A stretch of 63,990 bases of DNA, from positions 62,001 to 125,990 of the forward strand of contig KZ538105.1 of NCBI GenBank assembly GCA_000934665.2, written 5' to 3'. The stretch comes from Catajapyx aquilonaris (taxonomy: Eukaryota). How positions within the stretch are numbered: position 1 is the first letter of the stretch; each line of letters opens with the position of its first letter. Under the pieces are notes generated by a model. That model did no database searches. It was not told the DNA's origin and was given only the letters and a program-made list of their open reading frames with translations. Below, piece after piece: positions 63,847 to 63,990 of this stretch. Made by a program: the position numbers and the translations under genes.

Positions 63847-63961
63847 CATTCTGCGACATCAATTTTAAAAAAATTAAATTAAAGGTGCTGTAGAATGCAA
63901 TATTATTCTTTTACATTTCTAGTCTATGTTTGATTTCAGGGTGATTGAACTGTATTCTTGC

Positions 63962-63990
63962 CAGGGGCGGATCCAGGGTGGGGGGGGGGG
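63962..63990 (+). mobile_element. Probable start of a hAT-like element running off the window
   Basis: CAGGGGCGGATCCAGG followed by a G-run, a common hAT-MITE terminus. The other end is not visible. Confidence 0.45.

Overview
This is eukaryotic, repeat-rich and apparently gene-poor DNA. It is most consistent with an intergenic or large-intron region of an invertebrate bilaterian; that taxonomy is inferred from the SINE and MITE types and the CTCF-like motifs. I can support no complete protein-coding gene: the long ORFs are minisatellite, N-gap or low-complexity artefacts, and only a few weak exon candidates remain. The well-supported content is as follows. (1) Two tRNA-derived SINE families: three full-length copies and one 5'-truncated copy, with target-site duplications (TSDs). 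(2) About a dozen MITE/foldback elements (hAT-like with 8-bp TSD, PIF/Harbinger-like with TWA TSD, Tc1/pogo-like with TA TSD), several of them nested. (3) An LTR end followed by a tRNA-Leu primer-binding site. (4) More than 10 minisatellites, one built from a neighbouring MITE. (5) Several spacer-less palindromes. (6) About 15 long G/C homopolymer tracts and recurrent AT-rich islands. The strongest unexplained signal is a high density of CTCF-like motifs (consensus-like CCACTAGATGGCGC). They occur as tight convergent pairs, inside MITE terminal repeats, at MITE insertion sites and next to AT-rich islands. An assembly gap lies at 40664-41032.
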